64,000 bases of DNA from Eledone cirrhosa (GCA_964016885.1 OZ024740.1:141546001-141610000), one strand, 5' to 3'. Shown: positions 14,734 to 28,718, numbered from the stretch's first letter. Made by a program: numbers and translations. Notes: generated by a model from the letters alone, not told the origin.

Positions 14734-15174
14734 TAAATATATATATATACACACACACACATATATATATGACTTTCACACGTATGCACACACAGACTCA
14801 CAGACATACACACACATACACACTAGTATATACATATACGATTCTAGACAAGAGTGTATAATCAGACACTACTTAAGGGCTCTTTGCCAAATGAATTCTT
14901 ATTAACAAAAATAAATAAAATAAATAAACAAATCAATAAAAAATTATCAAATACAAAAACAAAAATACCTAGAGATAATATAAAATAATGATGATGGTGA
15001 TGATGATGATGATGATGATGAGAATGATGAACTATTCAATAATAATAATAATAATATCTGCAACACCAATAATAATTATATGGTATATGATAAAATGTTG
15101 GACACAGTCATCTGAGATATGCTTATCTAAACTAACAAGGCACTGGGCTCCCACATAATAATCAAGGATTTAAA

Positions 15175-15325
15175 AAATAATTGTTTCTGATTTAGGCACA
15201 AGGTCAGCAATTTTAGGGGAAGGGAAAGTCGACTAAATCGACCCTAGTGCGTGACTGGTACTTTATTTTATCGACCCCGTAAGGATGAAAGGCAAAGTTA
15301 ACCTCAGCGGGATTTGAATTCAGAT
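15175..15325 (-). mobile_element. SINE family A
   Basis: actggtactttattttatcgaccccgtaaggatgaaaggcaaagttaacctc..cgggatttgaa. Confidence 0.8.
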
Positions 15326-15538
15326 CATAAAGGATTAAAAAAATAATACAAGCACGCTGATAGACAACACAATCTTTTCTTATAATATTGCCCGAAAGGA
15401 AGTTTTTCAGGAATTGTTCAGATACAAAGATGATGATGATGATGATGATCTTCTTCTTCTTCTTCTTCTTCTTCTTCTTCTTCTTCTTCTTCTTCTTCTT
15501 CTTCTTCTTCTTCTTCTTCTTCTTCTTCTTCTTCTTCT

Positions 15539-15900
15539 TCTGTGTTTCATCATCATTCACTCAATTCTCCTCTGTCCTTCTAAGACATATCTTTCTCTCT
15601 TTTCTCCTTCTCTCCCTCCCAAGTCTCTCTCTGCATACATCACTATTTCCCTTTCTTTAATTCCTTCTCTCTCTGCTTTCTCATTCTCACAAACCCGACC
15701 TGTCACACTTCTATTTCTATTTCCACTATTGAAGTACCACGCACGTATCTTAAGAGGAAGCCTAGAATGTTCTCTAATCTATGTCACTTTGTCTGTGATA
15801 TGAGGTCAACCGAATTGGTCTGTGATTCGTTGTTATAATAACTGATGTAGCTGAGCTCGAAACTATGAAGGACATCATTGAAAAAATGACAGCTTTTTAA
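15539..15900 (+). repeat. second copy of the 9238-9618 segment
   Basis: Direct comparison. Confidence 0.9.
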
Positions 15901-16175
15901 TACCCATGGGTCTCCTGTTGGTTGGTTTTGCCCGTAAAAATCTATCCAACGATTCTTTCCTGAAACATTCTAACCCCATGCCTGTAATATCGGAGCTGTG
16001 ATCTCTCAATTCGGAGAAGTAGCGGTTCTACATGCAGCGACTCTCTGATCTCTGAGCTATACCCTCTATCGAGTAACGTTACTCCAAAGACCCTTCGGTG
16101 GAAACCCATTTCGGCCTTTTGTATTCGCGATCAGATTCTTTCAGTCATTACCCAAGATTCATGAAAATAAGGTTG
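15900..16175 (-). mobile_element. RTE-clade LINE 3' fragment
   Basis: Reverse complement gives HESWVMTERI*SRIQKAEMGFHRRVFGVTLLDR..SSEIRESLHVEPLLLRIERSQLRY. Confidence 0.8.
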
Positions 16176-16702
16176 CACGAATGGCAGAGCGTTACAAATA
16201 ATTCTTTCCAACATTGGCACAAGTCTAAAAATTTAGGGGAGGGGATAACCAAATATATCAGTTCTTATGATTATCAAAAGTAAAATTGAGGAAGTAAAGA
16301 ACCGAAGCCAATACTGTAAAGAACTGTCGAAGTAATGATATTAATGGTTTCTCATTTAGGAACAAGGCCAACAATTTGAGGGAAGGGGAAAGTCGATTGA
16401 AAGGGCCGTAACTCTATGTTGCAAAGCATGGTGTCCGACGCTGTACCGATTCTGCCAATCCACCACCCTCGACGAAATGATAACAATGGTGTCCAATTTA
16501 GGCAAAAACCAACAATTTTAAGAGAAAGGAAAAGCCGATTATTTTGACCCCTTAAAAATTAAGGACAAAGTTGACCTCATTACATACAAAGCTGTGACTA
16601 AATGCTGCCAATCCACCACCCTAGTAACATACTAAATGAATAAATAAATGATAACAATAACAATAATCATATTGATAATACTAATAATAATGTTAATAAT
16701 AA

Positions 16703-16885
16703 TTATTTCTACTTTTGGCACAAGGCCAGCAAGTTCTCCAGTGCATTACTGGTACTTTATTTTATCGAACCCCGTAAGGATGAAAGGCAAAGTTAACCTC
16801 GGCGGGATTTGAACTCAGAACGTAATGGGCCATAAGTCTATGCTGCAAAGCATGGTGTCTGACGCTCTATCGATACTGCCAATCC
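16703..16885 (-). mobile_element. SINE family A
   Basis: Reverse-oriented copy including tRNA head (B-box RC 'ggcgggatttgaactc'). Confidence 0.8.
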
Positions 16886-16946
16886 ACAATAATGATGATG
16901 CTGAAGATGATGATGATGATAAATCGTTATATTAACAACAATTATA

Positions 16947-17122
16947 TTGGCAGTATCGGTAGAGTGTCGGACATGCTTTCCAGCATAGTTATGTCCCTTT
17001 ACGATCTGAGTTCAAATCCCGCCGAGGTTAACTTTGCCTTTCATCCTTACGGGGTCGATAAAATAAAGTACCAGTAATATACTGAAATAATTGCTGGCCT
17101 TGTGCCAAAAGTAGAAACAATA
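16947..17122 (+). mobile_element. SINE family A (tRNA head + Meta-domain-like core)
   Basis: tggcagtatcggtagagtgtcggac...gagttcaaatcccgccgaggttaactttgcctttcatccttacggggtcgataaaataaagtacc. Confidence 0.85.
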
Positions 17123-17153
17123 ATATTTATATGTATGTATGTATGTGTGTATG

Positions 17154-17206
<53 letters not shown>

Positions 17207-17585
17207 ATGTATGTGTGTATGCGTGTGTGTGTGTGTGTGTATGTATGTATGGATGGATGCATGTATGTATATATGTATGTATGGATTTATCTATGTATCT
17301 ATATGTATGTATGTATGTATGTTCTGCTGGTTTTATAATTTCACAAAGTTTTACCAATAGAGAGAGAGAGTCAGTTTGTAACATAGACACAAGACTCTCT
17401 CATTGGAATTTACACAACATCAACTAGGTAGATTATGTATGCATGCAGGTATGTGTAGATATGGATGTTATTGTATGTGTGGATGTGTATGTTTTGAGTT
17501 GTATGTGTGCATGTGTATATGCTTTGTATCTGTACATGTGTATATGCAGTTATTAGATGCAACATTTTTGGAATGTTTTACATAT

Positions 17586-20227
17586 TTATACTGTTCCATT
17601 AATGGATTGTACTAGTAATTTCCTAACTAGTTGTGTTCTTTCTGTTCCTGTGAAGCCCAGCTTCTCAAGATTTGTATTGAGGCAGTTACTAACATACCCC
17701 AGTGCCCCAATAATCACAGGCATAAATCTGAAGGTATAATCAGGGTGGAGTATGTGCAGATTTCTCATCAGTTCTGCATAAATTTTGTCCTTTTCGTCAA
17801 TCTTTGATATTATATTGGCATCTGCTGGGCAGCTAATTTCCACTACTGTGCATGCTTTCTTCTCCCTGTCCCATATCATAATATCTGGTCTATTATGCCT
17901 GCATTTGATTGGGTTTTTTACTGGAACATTTCACTAGTACTCTTTCATATTATGTACATGGATGTCTTCCACATTGCTGTAGCTTTTAATGTGTTTATTA
18001 TCGGAGCTATCTTTTTTACGGATTGCATTGTACAGTGTTTTGGCCACTACATCATGCTTCATAGTACTGCGATGACACCTTTGGACAGCTGCTGATGACA
18101 TGGGTGATATCTTCGATGTTAGTTCTGCACAGTCTGCACTTGTTATCACATCTAGGTGTTTTGCCTGCATCCCTATCTCTTTTGAGAATAAGGTATTTCG
18201 TGTTCATTTCCTATTCTTGGATTGCAAAAGCGTATCCTTCAAAGTGGGAGCCAATATAGCGGTTGTTGGTCCAAGATAGACTACTTTTCTTATCTATATT
18301 ACTCTCACTCTGGAGCTTCCTGGCAACATATCCATGCATGATTTTTTGCTGATAAGCATGCAGTTTTGCATCCATGGATTCACTGCGATACTGCTGAGCG
18401 ACATCCCTGGGTGTGAGCTCTTGATTATCACACAGGGAGTATCTCTCGAGGAGTTCCTTCTCAACTCTCATGATCTTATCTGTTCATGCAGATAGATTTG
18501 CTCGAGAGACGGACTCCTACGCTTTGAGGTTCGTAGATTTTGTCGGAGGGATATGATGCGACATTCAAATGCTGTCTGGACTGATGTTAGGCCTCTACCT
18601 CCCTGCTTACGTTTCAAGTAAAGGCGGTCTATGTCACTGTTGATTTGGAATTTGGAAGTTTCCGGTGCTGTTTAGTATTTTTCGAGTTCCAACATCAACT
18701 GCTCGGATTTCGTCTATCGTCCAATTGAGTATTCCAAACGTTGCTGTTAGGACAGGAACAGCAAACTCATTGTGAGCCACTGTTTTGTTTTGCGCAGAGA
18801 GTTCCGATCACCAAATCTTTCTTAACCTGGTTACGCGTTCCTTATTACAGATACCATTATAGGATATGTTATCATCTATCCCCAGGTATCTGTAGCAGTC
18901 CTCATCAGATATCGGTGAACCAGTTAGGTCATTGATGACAATGTTGCTAGATTGGGTTGTTGTTTTTCCTCGCTTTACAATCTTATATGAGCATTTATCT
19001 TGGCCAAACTCTATTCCTATATCTTTTGAGAACGTTGTAACCAGGTCAAGATTTTTCTTCATCCCATCCATATTCTTGGCACAGAGTTTCAGATCGTCCA
19101 CAAAGAAAATATGGGTTAGGTTCGTATTTCTGTCCTCCTGTGAGCCAATGATGTATCCCTCACATTTCTTGACCAGAAAGGATAAGGGGTTTAATGACAA
19201 GATGAATAATATCACAGAGAGACTGTCCCCCTGAAATATACCCCTGCAATGTTTTATTTTATCAGTGAAAATAGAGTCCTCCCTCTCTGTCTTTTACCTT
19301 AGGATAGTAGCCCAAGAAGAAGACAACCTCTCTATGGCTCTGACAATAATGTCTGGGACTTTAGCAAGTTGGAGGGCCTCTTCACATTCTCAAAGCGGAT
19401 ATCCCTGTGCTTCTCCTCCATCTTCGGAGACATCTAAAAGTCGTATGGGGCTAATTCTGGATTGTAGGGAGGATGAGGGACAGTCTTGATCCCCATATCG
19501 GCCAAGTAGTTGGTCACCAGGATGGATTTGTGGCAGGGAGCATTGTCCGGGTGCAGGTGCCACTGACCAGACTTGACGCGTTCTGGTCTTTTTCGACGAA
19601 ATCGCTTTCTGCACTGCCTCAAAACCTCTACGTAGTATTCTTTGATGGCTGCCTGGCCGTTGGGGGACCCAGTGGATATAGATGATGCCTTTGCTGTCGA
19701 AGAATATGTGTGTGTATGTGTGTGTGTCTTTGAGTGTTTGTGCATGTGTGCATGTGTCATGAATAAAAGAAGAGAAAAACAAAAACAAGACGAGATATGG
19801 TACAAATTAATATTATCAGGTTAACGCGCGGGAGTATTAATGTGTCCAAGGATTTGCATCGATGGATGTACGAAGAAGTTACAGCGATAAAACATATCAG
19901 CCAGCGCCACAAGTGGGGAACAGAATCAAAAGCTTTCCTGTAGTCCAACCAGACTGTAGTCATATTCCTCCTAAGTTGTCACACCTCTGACATCGCAGTT
20001 TTGTTGATTAGGAGTTGTTCAGCACATCCCCAAACCCCTTTCTTTCCAGCTGGTTGTTCATCTGTGATGATGTTATTATTTTCACAGTGATCTTGGAGGA
20101 ATAGGTTGAGGAAGGCTGTATACATCTTATACATCAGGTTCTGGCATGCAATGGGTCGGTAGTTTATTGCCAATTGGGTGTCTTTGTTCTTGGGAAACAG
20201 TAATGTTTGTGTTAATGTCAACCATTG
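17586..20227 (-). mobile_element. R4/Dong-type non-LTR retrotransposon, 5'-truncated and degraded (RT, CCHC, RLE)
   Basis: YRPIACQNLMYK, WLDYRKAFDSVPH, FFVDDLKL, YRYLG, CRLC..ED..H...C, NRPDIMIWD..VVEISCP..IIGALG; interrupted at 19380-19911. Confidence 0.9.
19380..19911 (-). mobile_element. copy of 25772-26310 (mariner fragment + flank) inserted in the LINE RT
   Basis: Near-identical to 25772-26310; HPDNAPCH and HPPYNPELAPYDF. Confidence 0.9.
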
Positions 20228-20944
20228 TATGTATGTATGTATGTATGCATGTATGTATTTATATATATGTATGTATATATCTATGTATGTGTCTGTGTAT
20301 GTATGTATGTAAGTATTTATGAATGTATATGTGTGTATATGTTTGTGCGTGTTGTATGAGTATTCTGTGAGTGGGGTGTAGTGTGCATTTTGTGTGTACA
20401 ATGTGCGTGTTATGAGTGTGTGTATCTGTTATGAGTCTGTACATGGGAGGGGGGTGGTGGTGGTGATATGTGTGTGAGTTGTATTTTGTGTCTAGGCCAG
20501 CTAGTTAGGAACACTGAATGATCAAATGCCACTATTTGATGGCAGTAGGAGAGGAAAGAGAAGGACGAAGAAGATTGGGAGAGAAGAGGGGACGAGAAAG
20601 GGGGAGGAGAGACGAGAAGAGGGAGTACAGATGAGAAAGAAGGGGAGGAAGAACGTTGGTGTCAATGATGATGGTGGCGATGGTGGTGGTGGTGGTAGGG
20701 GGTGATAGTGATGATGATGATGATGAGGGTGGTAATAGTGATGATGATGATGATGGTGGTGGTGTGACGATGATGAGGATGAAGATAGTGCTAATTTAGG
20801 TGATGAGGATGATGATGATGATGATGATGATAGTGATGAGGGTGATGACCATATTGACAGCATTGTTGATAGGACGTTGGTGATGATGATGCTGATATTT
20901 ATCTTGGTGATGAAGATAATGGTGATGATGGTGATGATGTTAGA

Positions 20945-21130
20945 AATAATTGTTTCTACTATTGGCACAAGGCCAGCAATTAGCCAGTGCATCACTGGTA
21001 CTTTATTTTATCGACCCCGTAAGGATGAAAGGCAAAGTCAACCTCGGCGGGACTTGAACTCAGATCGTAAAGGGACGTAACTATGCTGGAAAGCATGGTG
21101 TCTGACCCTCTACCGATACTGCCAATCCAC
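20945..21130 (-). mobile_element. SINE family A
   Basis: Same core and head as 16703-16885. Confidence 0.8.
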
Positions 21131-21654
21131 CGATGTTAGAAATAATGTTAGAAATAATGACGATGACTATGATGATGATGATAGTGTTGACGATGCTGCT
21201 GTTACTGCTGCTGCTGCTGATGATGATGATGATGAGGAGGAGGATGATGATAAGAGGGATATTGTTGGCAGAGGCCGTAATGACGGTGGCTTTATTCATG
21301 ATGGAGGAAGTGCTGGTGATGGTGCAGTGACAATGATGATGTTAAAGGGGATAATGACGATGACGACGATAACAATGATGACAATGATAATTAATAATTC
21401 GTCATATTTAAAACAATTTAAATTTCGGAGTTATCTCCCCTGTAAAAATTGCCATTAATGCAAAAGGCTTTCATTTCAACTGATTAAAAGTTAGTTTTGC
21501 TCACGATACAAAATGTTATATTCAACCAACCGCTTAGTTCTGTTGTTTTGGGTTCAATCACATTGCGCGGCAACTTGGGTATATGTCTTCTAATAAAAGC
21601 CTCGGGTAGACCAATCCCATGTGAGTGGAATTTGGTAGACGAAAACTGCGGAAG

Positions 21655-21951
21655 CCTCTGATTACGAACAAATCGGTTCTCGAACAATTTTTCCGAACAT
21701 AAAACGTCTCGGTTGACGAACGGTGTCTCAAAGAACGAGCACACAAACCGTTGGTGACAAGCTGTGTCGACAGGAAAGCGTCATTTGGTGTGTGGTTAGT
21801 TACTATGGTGATATCTACCCGACTTTCATACAGAGGTTCTCTTTCACTGTATTTCTTTCTCAACATTTCATATGAGAAAACAGTTTCGGTTTGCGAACAT
21901 TTCGAATGACGAACAGCTTTCAAGAACGGATTAAGTTCGTGAACCGAGGTA
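21655..21951. mobile_element. Tigger/pogo-like non-autonomous DNA transposon remnant
   Basis: Repeated acgaac/ttcg subterminal motifs ending 'aagttcgtgaaccgaggta', typical of Tigger-like termini. Confidence 0.5.
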
Positions 21952-21988
21952 TATTATATATATATATATATGTGAGTGTGTGTGTGTT

Positions 21989-22031
<43 letters not shown>

Positions 22032-22684
22032 TTATGTGTGTGTACGTTTACGCTTATGTCTGTTTACACTTATGACTGCTCGAGAAAATAATTACTGGAG
22101 TCGATATGATCGACTAAATCCTGGTGGTGCCTCAGGATGATCGCAGTCTAATGGCTGAAACCAGCAAAAGAATAAAAGAGCAAGACACTCTTTGAAAGCT
22201 TTCTTCTGTTATTATTATATTGAAGGCGTGTTTGAAGATCCTATAAATTTCTATTTTTTCTAATAGCCAACAGACCATTTAAGAGAGGCGTGGGAGCCAA
22301 ATACAGACATAAAAGATAAGACAATGCTATGTATGTCAGATAATTGGACGTTATTCTATAATATGATAAACTGAGTTGAAGCGGAAGAATGAGGAAAATA
22401 TTGAAAAATGTCTGAATTTGACTAAAGAACGGAGGTAATTGTGGGCTATTCGAGTGAAAGTTATACCTATTTCTATGTGTAACATTTGGAACGAAACCAA
22501 ATACCTCTATTAAAGAGGCTGAGTGACATGGACCAAGTTAGAAGCCTATACGTAAACACTAGTAGTGTTAGAAATAGTACACTAACGTCTTAAAAAACAA
22601 AAAAAAAACAAAAAAAAAACACGTCAAATAATATAATCCGAGATAAAGAAAATGGATCACTGTCGGTTTTGGTGGTATAAAGAC

Positions 22685-22840
22685 ATGGTTTTGTGACTAA
22701 AGAGATCGGTTTGCAACCACGTTGTTCTGAGTTCAGTCCTCCTGTACGGCAGCTTGGGAAAGTGTCTTTTACTATAACCTCTAGTTGACGAATGTCTTGT
22801 GAGAGGAATTTGGTAGGTGGAAACTTCAGAAGCCCACCAC
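22685..22840 (+). mobile_element. SINE family B 5' part
   Basis: 'gagttcagtcc...ggcagcttgggaaagtgtctttt actataacc' resembles the 27225 copy. Confidence 0.55.
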
Positions 22841-23794
22841 ATATATACTTCCTTTTTATAAGGATATATATATTCTTTAAAAAGGAAGTTTGTTTGTACG
22901 TTGACCTCTAATAACACCAAATAAAGTTGATAATAATTAAGGTTTGTCGTGTGTACTCAACAAATCTGATCTCCAGCAAGCTCACTGTCGCCTTATTTTC
23001 CGAAAATGGAATGAGAGACGAGTTGGAGGAGAATCTACTACTCTTTCTAGCACCCAAGTACTGTTTGTTCGTCCGTCATGCTATCAGTTACATAAGGCGA
23101 AAGAACAGCAGCATCTTACTTCGTCAACCATCTTCCTGGCGTGCAATTTTGCGCATTAATACATATTCGCCTGTGTGTTTACAGGCTCACCAGACAGTCA
23201 TGGCTGTGAGACAACTCTATAACAAACTATTGTTCTATATCTCTATTATGGTACTGAGTATGCATTCTTGCGACCGTCAATACTAAACTAATAGCAAATG
23301 TGTGTATGTATGTCTGTATGTATGTATGTATGTATGTATGTATGTATGTTGCAGGTGTTATATCAGAGTTATATCAAAGGGGTATCCAATGATGTTGACT
23401 TGTTCTTCTTTTTGGTAAATATCATCTTGGTTAAGAGAGTGGGACTGGCTTTGTGCAGTGCCTTTGCTCACTATAAAAGCTTCACGGCACAGGCATTGCT
23501 TTATATCTGGAGATCTCGCTGCACTTGTCGTCACATGGTACCATGGGCCCAGCACTATGTGTCAATAATTGTCACAAGTGTAGTGTTTGTACCATAGTTT
23601 TCAAGTCGCTGGCTGGACTAAGAAGTCACACTCGTTCAGCGCATCGGTGGGGGTTCTCCTACATGGATATAAAGTAGTGGCCGTACTCGAAAACGAGTTG
23701 GCAGCTACCATGTATGTATGTATGTATGTATGTATGTATGTATGTATGTATGTATGTATGTATGTATGTATGTATGTATGTATGTATGTATGTT

Positions 23795-24600
23795 ACCAGT
23801 AGCACCAACTGGTGACCTGTCCCATGGTCGGGTTGTTGGCGACTAAACTGGCAACCCCACCAAGGTTTCTTGGTGAGGAGGGTGACTTTGGACACCCTGC
23901 AGGACTAAAAACAAAACCTGTCAAAGAGCAAAGGAGCTCTTAAGAGTCAATGGCCATCCAAAATCACCGGGAGAGATGACCCCTTAGCCTTTGTCAAGGC
24001 AGAATTCTAGTTACAAGCACAATTCTCAAGTTACAGAGTTTGTATATCTCGGCCACAAGCTCTCATCAAACAACAATGGAATAGTCACTGCGTTGTATTT
24101 CATCACTCTGGGTTGGGCAGCTTTCAACAAGAACAAGGACGAGTTTCTTATCATTTGAAGGCTAAGATCTTCGATACTTATATCCTACCAGTTGTGTTAT
24201 ATGGTCTTCATTGTGTTAACTGGACGACGAGGTCACTTCAGAAGCTATCTACATTCTAGAACCACATCTTGAGACTAATGATTAACAAATGACTCAGCGT
24301 CCATATCTCTATAAATGAACTACTGAACCTTACCAAACTTAAACCAATCACATCAGTTATCAAGTCAAGAGTACTTAAACTGTATGATCATATCAAAAGA
24401 TCAACTCGTTGTGTGAACAAGTCGTGCCTAGAAGGAAAGTTAACCGGTAAGAGAAGCAAGGGTCGACAGCCAAAACACTGACTTGATAATGTCAACTTAT
24501 GGACTGGACTTGACCTTTGCTTTTTAAACTCTGCTGTTTGTGATCGAACTTTGTGAAGAAAAATATCTCATGTTGATGTGCAGTCTGCAACTGGCGGAGT
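23795..24600 (+). mobile_element. RTE-like LINE remnant (putative 5' leader joined to the 3' part of the ORF)
   Basis: VTEFVYLGHKL, GWAAFNKNK, KIFDTYILPVVLYG, CLEGKLTGKRSKGRQPK. Confidence 0.7.
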
Positions 24601-24659
24601 GAGCGTCAAGGAGAAGAGGAGAGAATATTAAAAATGTTTTTTTATACTTCCTAAGAAAA

Positions 24660-24752
24660 CTCTCTGATGAAAGAATCTTCTTCAAATGTTGCTTGTCTTA
24701 ATTTATTAAGATGGTCAATATTGTCTCTTGATTCCAGAAACTGCAGTTAGGG
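24660..24752 (+). ncRNA. type-I hammerhead ribozyme motif
   Basis: ctct CTGATGA aagaatc...gattcca GAAA ctgcag TT aggg; palindromic stem III actgcagt, short stem I. Confidence 0.6.
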
Positions 24753-24835
24753 ACTAGATGTGAGTAAAGCTCTTTTATATTACGTGGCTTTACTAGTACT
24801 CAGTCCGATGGAAACTTAGCACAAGTTGTTGTATG

Positions 24836-24928
<93 letters not shown>

Positions 24929-25243
24929 TGTTATATTTGGCGATGGTAATATTGCCAATATTGATAATAGAAAGAAACACACGTGCCATATAATCTTCAC
25001 TTTATCTTTATAGTTTGTTATTCATTCGTTTGTTAAAGTTCTTTCATCGTACATGCTGTTACCTCTTCAATGACTATCTATTTTGGGCCTCCTCTTTTCC
25101 TGGTGAATAACAGAAAATTATATGGTGTGTGGTGTGTTTTTTTCTATTGGCAATACTGGCTACATGACAATCCCCAAATAAACAATATCGGTTTCAACAC
25201 TCGTTTTCACATCAAGAATCTTTCAGAACAAATACATAAACGT

Positions 25244-25320
<77 letters not shown>

Positions 25321-25568
25321 TATATATTTCACTTTATTTCACGTTGGTTAAGTCCACTCAGCTGGCAAAAATGAGCTACACCTATAATTTGGGTGGCCAG
25401 CCTTGTCACAAATTGTGTCATACTGAATTCCCCACTAGATATACGTTAAGGGTGCACTTGTCTGTGTAATGTTCTCCCACTTACACGTTAATTTCACGAG
25501 CAAGCAGTTCCGTTGAATCAATTGGAATACTCGTCGTTGGAAATGACGGAAGTCCAACACCATATACA

Positions 25569-26098
25569 TACGAGGTACACTCAAGAGGTTTTAAGACTTT
25601 TATCAGAGGGACATATATTTAACTCTGATCAACACAAAACTCTAGTCTACCGCAAAGTAGGATCCGCCAACTTCAATGCACTTGTAGCGTTCCAGCCACT
25701 TTTGCAAGGCTCCCTTGTAGTCCTCCAAAGTGAAGGTGTCTAGGGCACTTGCCACAGCCTCCTTAATTTCCTTCACATTCTCAAAGCGGATATCCCTGTG
25801 CTTCTCCTCCATCTTCGGAGACATCTAAAAGTCGTATGGGGCTAATTCTGGACTGTAGGGAGGATGAGGGACAGTCTTGATCCCCATATCGGCCAAGTAG
25901 TTGGTCACCAGGATGGATTTGTGGCAGGGAGCATTGTCCGGGTGCAGGTGCCACTGACCAGACTTGACGCGTTCTGGTCTTTTTCGATGAAATCGCTTTC
26001 TGCACTGCCTCAAAACCTCTACGTAGTATTCTTTGATGGCTGCCTGGCCGTTGGGGGACCCAGTGGATATAGATGATGCCTTTGCTGTCGAAGAATAT
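25569..26098 (-). mobile_element. mariner transposon 3' half with terminal inverted repeat; transposase pseudogene
   Basis: FFDSKGII, LHPDNAPCH, HPPYSPELAPYDF, KCIEVGGSYF; end 'TA cgaggtacactcaagagg' resembles a mariner TIR with TA target. Confidence 0.9.
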
Positions 26099-27224
26099 GT
26101 GTGTGTATGTGTATGTGTGTGTGTGTCTTTGAGTGTTTGTGCATGTGTGCATGTGTCATGAATAAAAGAAGAGAAAAACAAAAACAAGACGAGATATGGT
26201 ACAAATTAATATTATCAGGTTAACGCGCGGGAGTATTAATGTGTCCAAGGATTTGCATCGATGGATGTACGAAGAAGTTACAGCGATAAAACATATCAGC
26301 CAGCGCCACATATTAAGAACTAGGTGGACTTGAGGCATACTTTTTCTATTTCTCAGTAAATCATGGTTACGAATTACATTTTTGCTACTTTGAAGAGAAT
26401 AATTTATATTCGGCTGAATTTAATTTTGTCCAGTGAACAACTTAGCTATGGTATGCCATCATCTTTACTGGAATATCTTTCATATACGAATATCTTTCAT
26501 ATACGAAACGCCAGTGAGTCCTGACACAATAAACCTCTGTTGGAAAGTACAAGGAAATATTCGTTTATCTGTTTGTTTGTAATAGTTATTCTATTATTCT
26601 CTTGACTAATAAAGAAAATATAGCTATTATTACTCTGGCTTTCATACAAAATTAAATTCTAAAAAAGCAAACAAATGAAAGCTGAATACAAACAAACTGT
26701 TTCGATCTCCTCATACGATTCTAATTGTGATGTATACTCTGTTCATTTACCATATATCTTGTCAACCTTTTTTTCCTTTTTTTCTTTTCCGGCAATTTTC
26801 CAGGATAATGTTACAATAAAAAAAAGAAGATTTAACAGCATGAAACATAGTTGTAAGCTAGAGGGAATAGAAAATACGTGTTTACATGTCTTCAGATATT
26901 GAACACTTTCATTACCATATTTCTAATGAAAGGCACTGCCTTTGCTTTTCATATAATTTTGAAAATAACCATGAATTTGGTGTGATTTTGTAATGCAACT
27001 AACGTTCCCATTATCAAGCTAGTGTTTGGAACATAACTTAATAAAGATTGTTACATACAATTATGTTGGAAGGTTTTTAGATAGATATACACACTTTAAA
27101 ATAAACAATTTTGTATCATAGAACCAGGGACAGTATCAAGCGTTTTAATCTCAGATTCTCCCCAGAGGTGCTGTTTTATTTCGTTTGGGTAAGCCATAAA
27201 AAGATGACTCAACCCTTTCTAAGC

Positions 27225-27580
27225 GATGCAGTATGGCAGAATCGTTAAGAAATTCGCTTTGTAATCGCAAGGTTCTAGATTTGATCGCACTAAATGGCAC
27301 CTTGGGCAAGTGCCACTCACCCCAACTTCGGATCGATCCAAAAGCTATGAGTGAAATTGGGTTGACGGAAACTGCTTGGAAGACTGTCGGGCGTACTGTA
27401 CTTGTAATTCAAAGTATTAGCCTTGTCTCAGAGTAGGTCACACTGAGTCTCCCCGAGAATTACGTTATGGGTATATGTGTCTGTGAAATACTCAATAACT
27501 TGCACGTTTATTTCACGAGAACGTCCTATCGTTGATCGAACAACATCAACAGTCAGCGTCGAAACTGACGAAGGTCCATT
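27225..27580 (+). mobile_element. tRNA-derived SINE family B, near full-length
   Basis: gttaagaaattcgctttgtaatcgcaaggttc...ggcaccttgggcaagtg...; 3' part matches 1-162. Confidence 0.7.
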
Positions 27581-28658
27581 TATCAATCCTTCCCGTTCCT
27601 CCCGAAATGAACTGGCAGCCTAATTATCCCCTTTTAGCTATCATATTTTTAATAAAAACCATTGAGATTAATAATAATAAAAAAGATTGGAAGGATTTAG
27701 TCATATATAAAATTTCTATTATTAAGCTTGTGGTTTGGCAGAACTGGTAGGGCGTCGGATGAAATTCCATCGCGGTATTTGTACTAGCTCTTTAAATTCT
27801 GAGTTCAAGACCCACCGGGTCAAATATGCTTTTCATGCTTCCGTGGTGGATGCTAGGCTGGTGCCTAAATTAGAAATCAATATTAAACTAGATTTTAAAG
27901 GTTGTTACACCAGGTTGATAATATTTTGCTTGTGGCGAAAGTTCTGTCCAAGACCATAGCAACATCAGTATAACAATTCAAAACTGTGATTCCATGTAAC
28001 CAATCAATATTGTAATATTTCGTGTGGAAACGTGATTTCGGAGAGAGTTACAATGAATATGTAAAAATAATAGAAAATATAGTCTTGGTCTTTCATCAAT
28101 AATGTGATGTGTCCAGATGTATATGAACACACACACACATATGTACACACACACACATACTTACATACACACATACATACATGCATATGTATGTACATAT
28201 ATATATATGTATATGTATATATATATACATACTTGTATATATACACATGTATATATGTATTCATCTATATGCATGCATATATGTACATATGAATTTTTGT
28301 CTATGGCTCATTCATCAATGGCTAACCAAGTATGGACGGTTCCAGAAAGTGTAGCAACAATGGTGGTGTCCCATCATAGTCTCAGCCCGTCAGCCAGAAC
28401 AAGTAAAATAGTAAAAGTGAACATATAAATTTTTAGACTAATTTGTCTCAGTAGCGAGGGAGTAAATGTCACTTATGACAGATAAAAGCCCAGAAATACC
28501 TATCTGTCATCCTCACCGCTACTGAAATACCTGTGACATGGTCACGCCTTTTAACAGAATTCATAGCGAGGCTCTCATATGTTTATTATACATAAACATA
28601 TCGTAGTATATTCTTTCATATACACCCCCATGGTGAACCACGCTTTGCTAGTGCCACA

Positions 28659-28716
<58 letters not shown>

Positions 28717-28718
<2 letters not shown>

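Noticed and set aside
16947-17025. tRNA gene
   Set aside because: A/B-box-like head of a multi-copy SINE with no full cloverleaf
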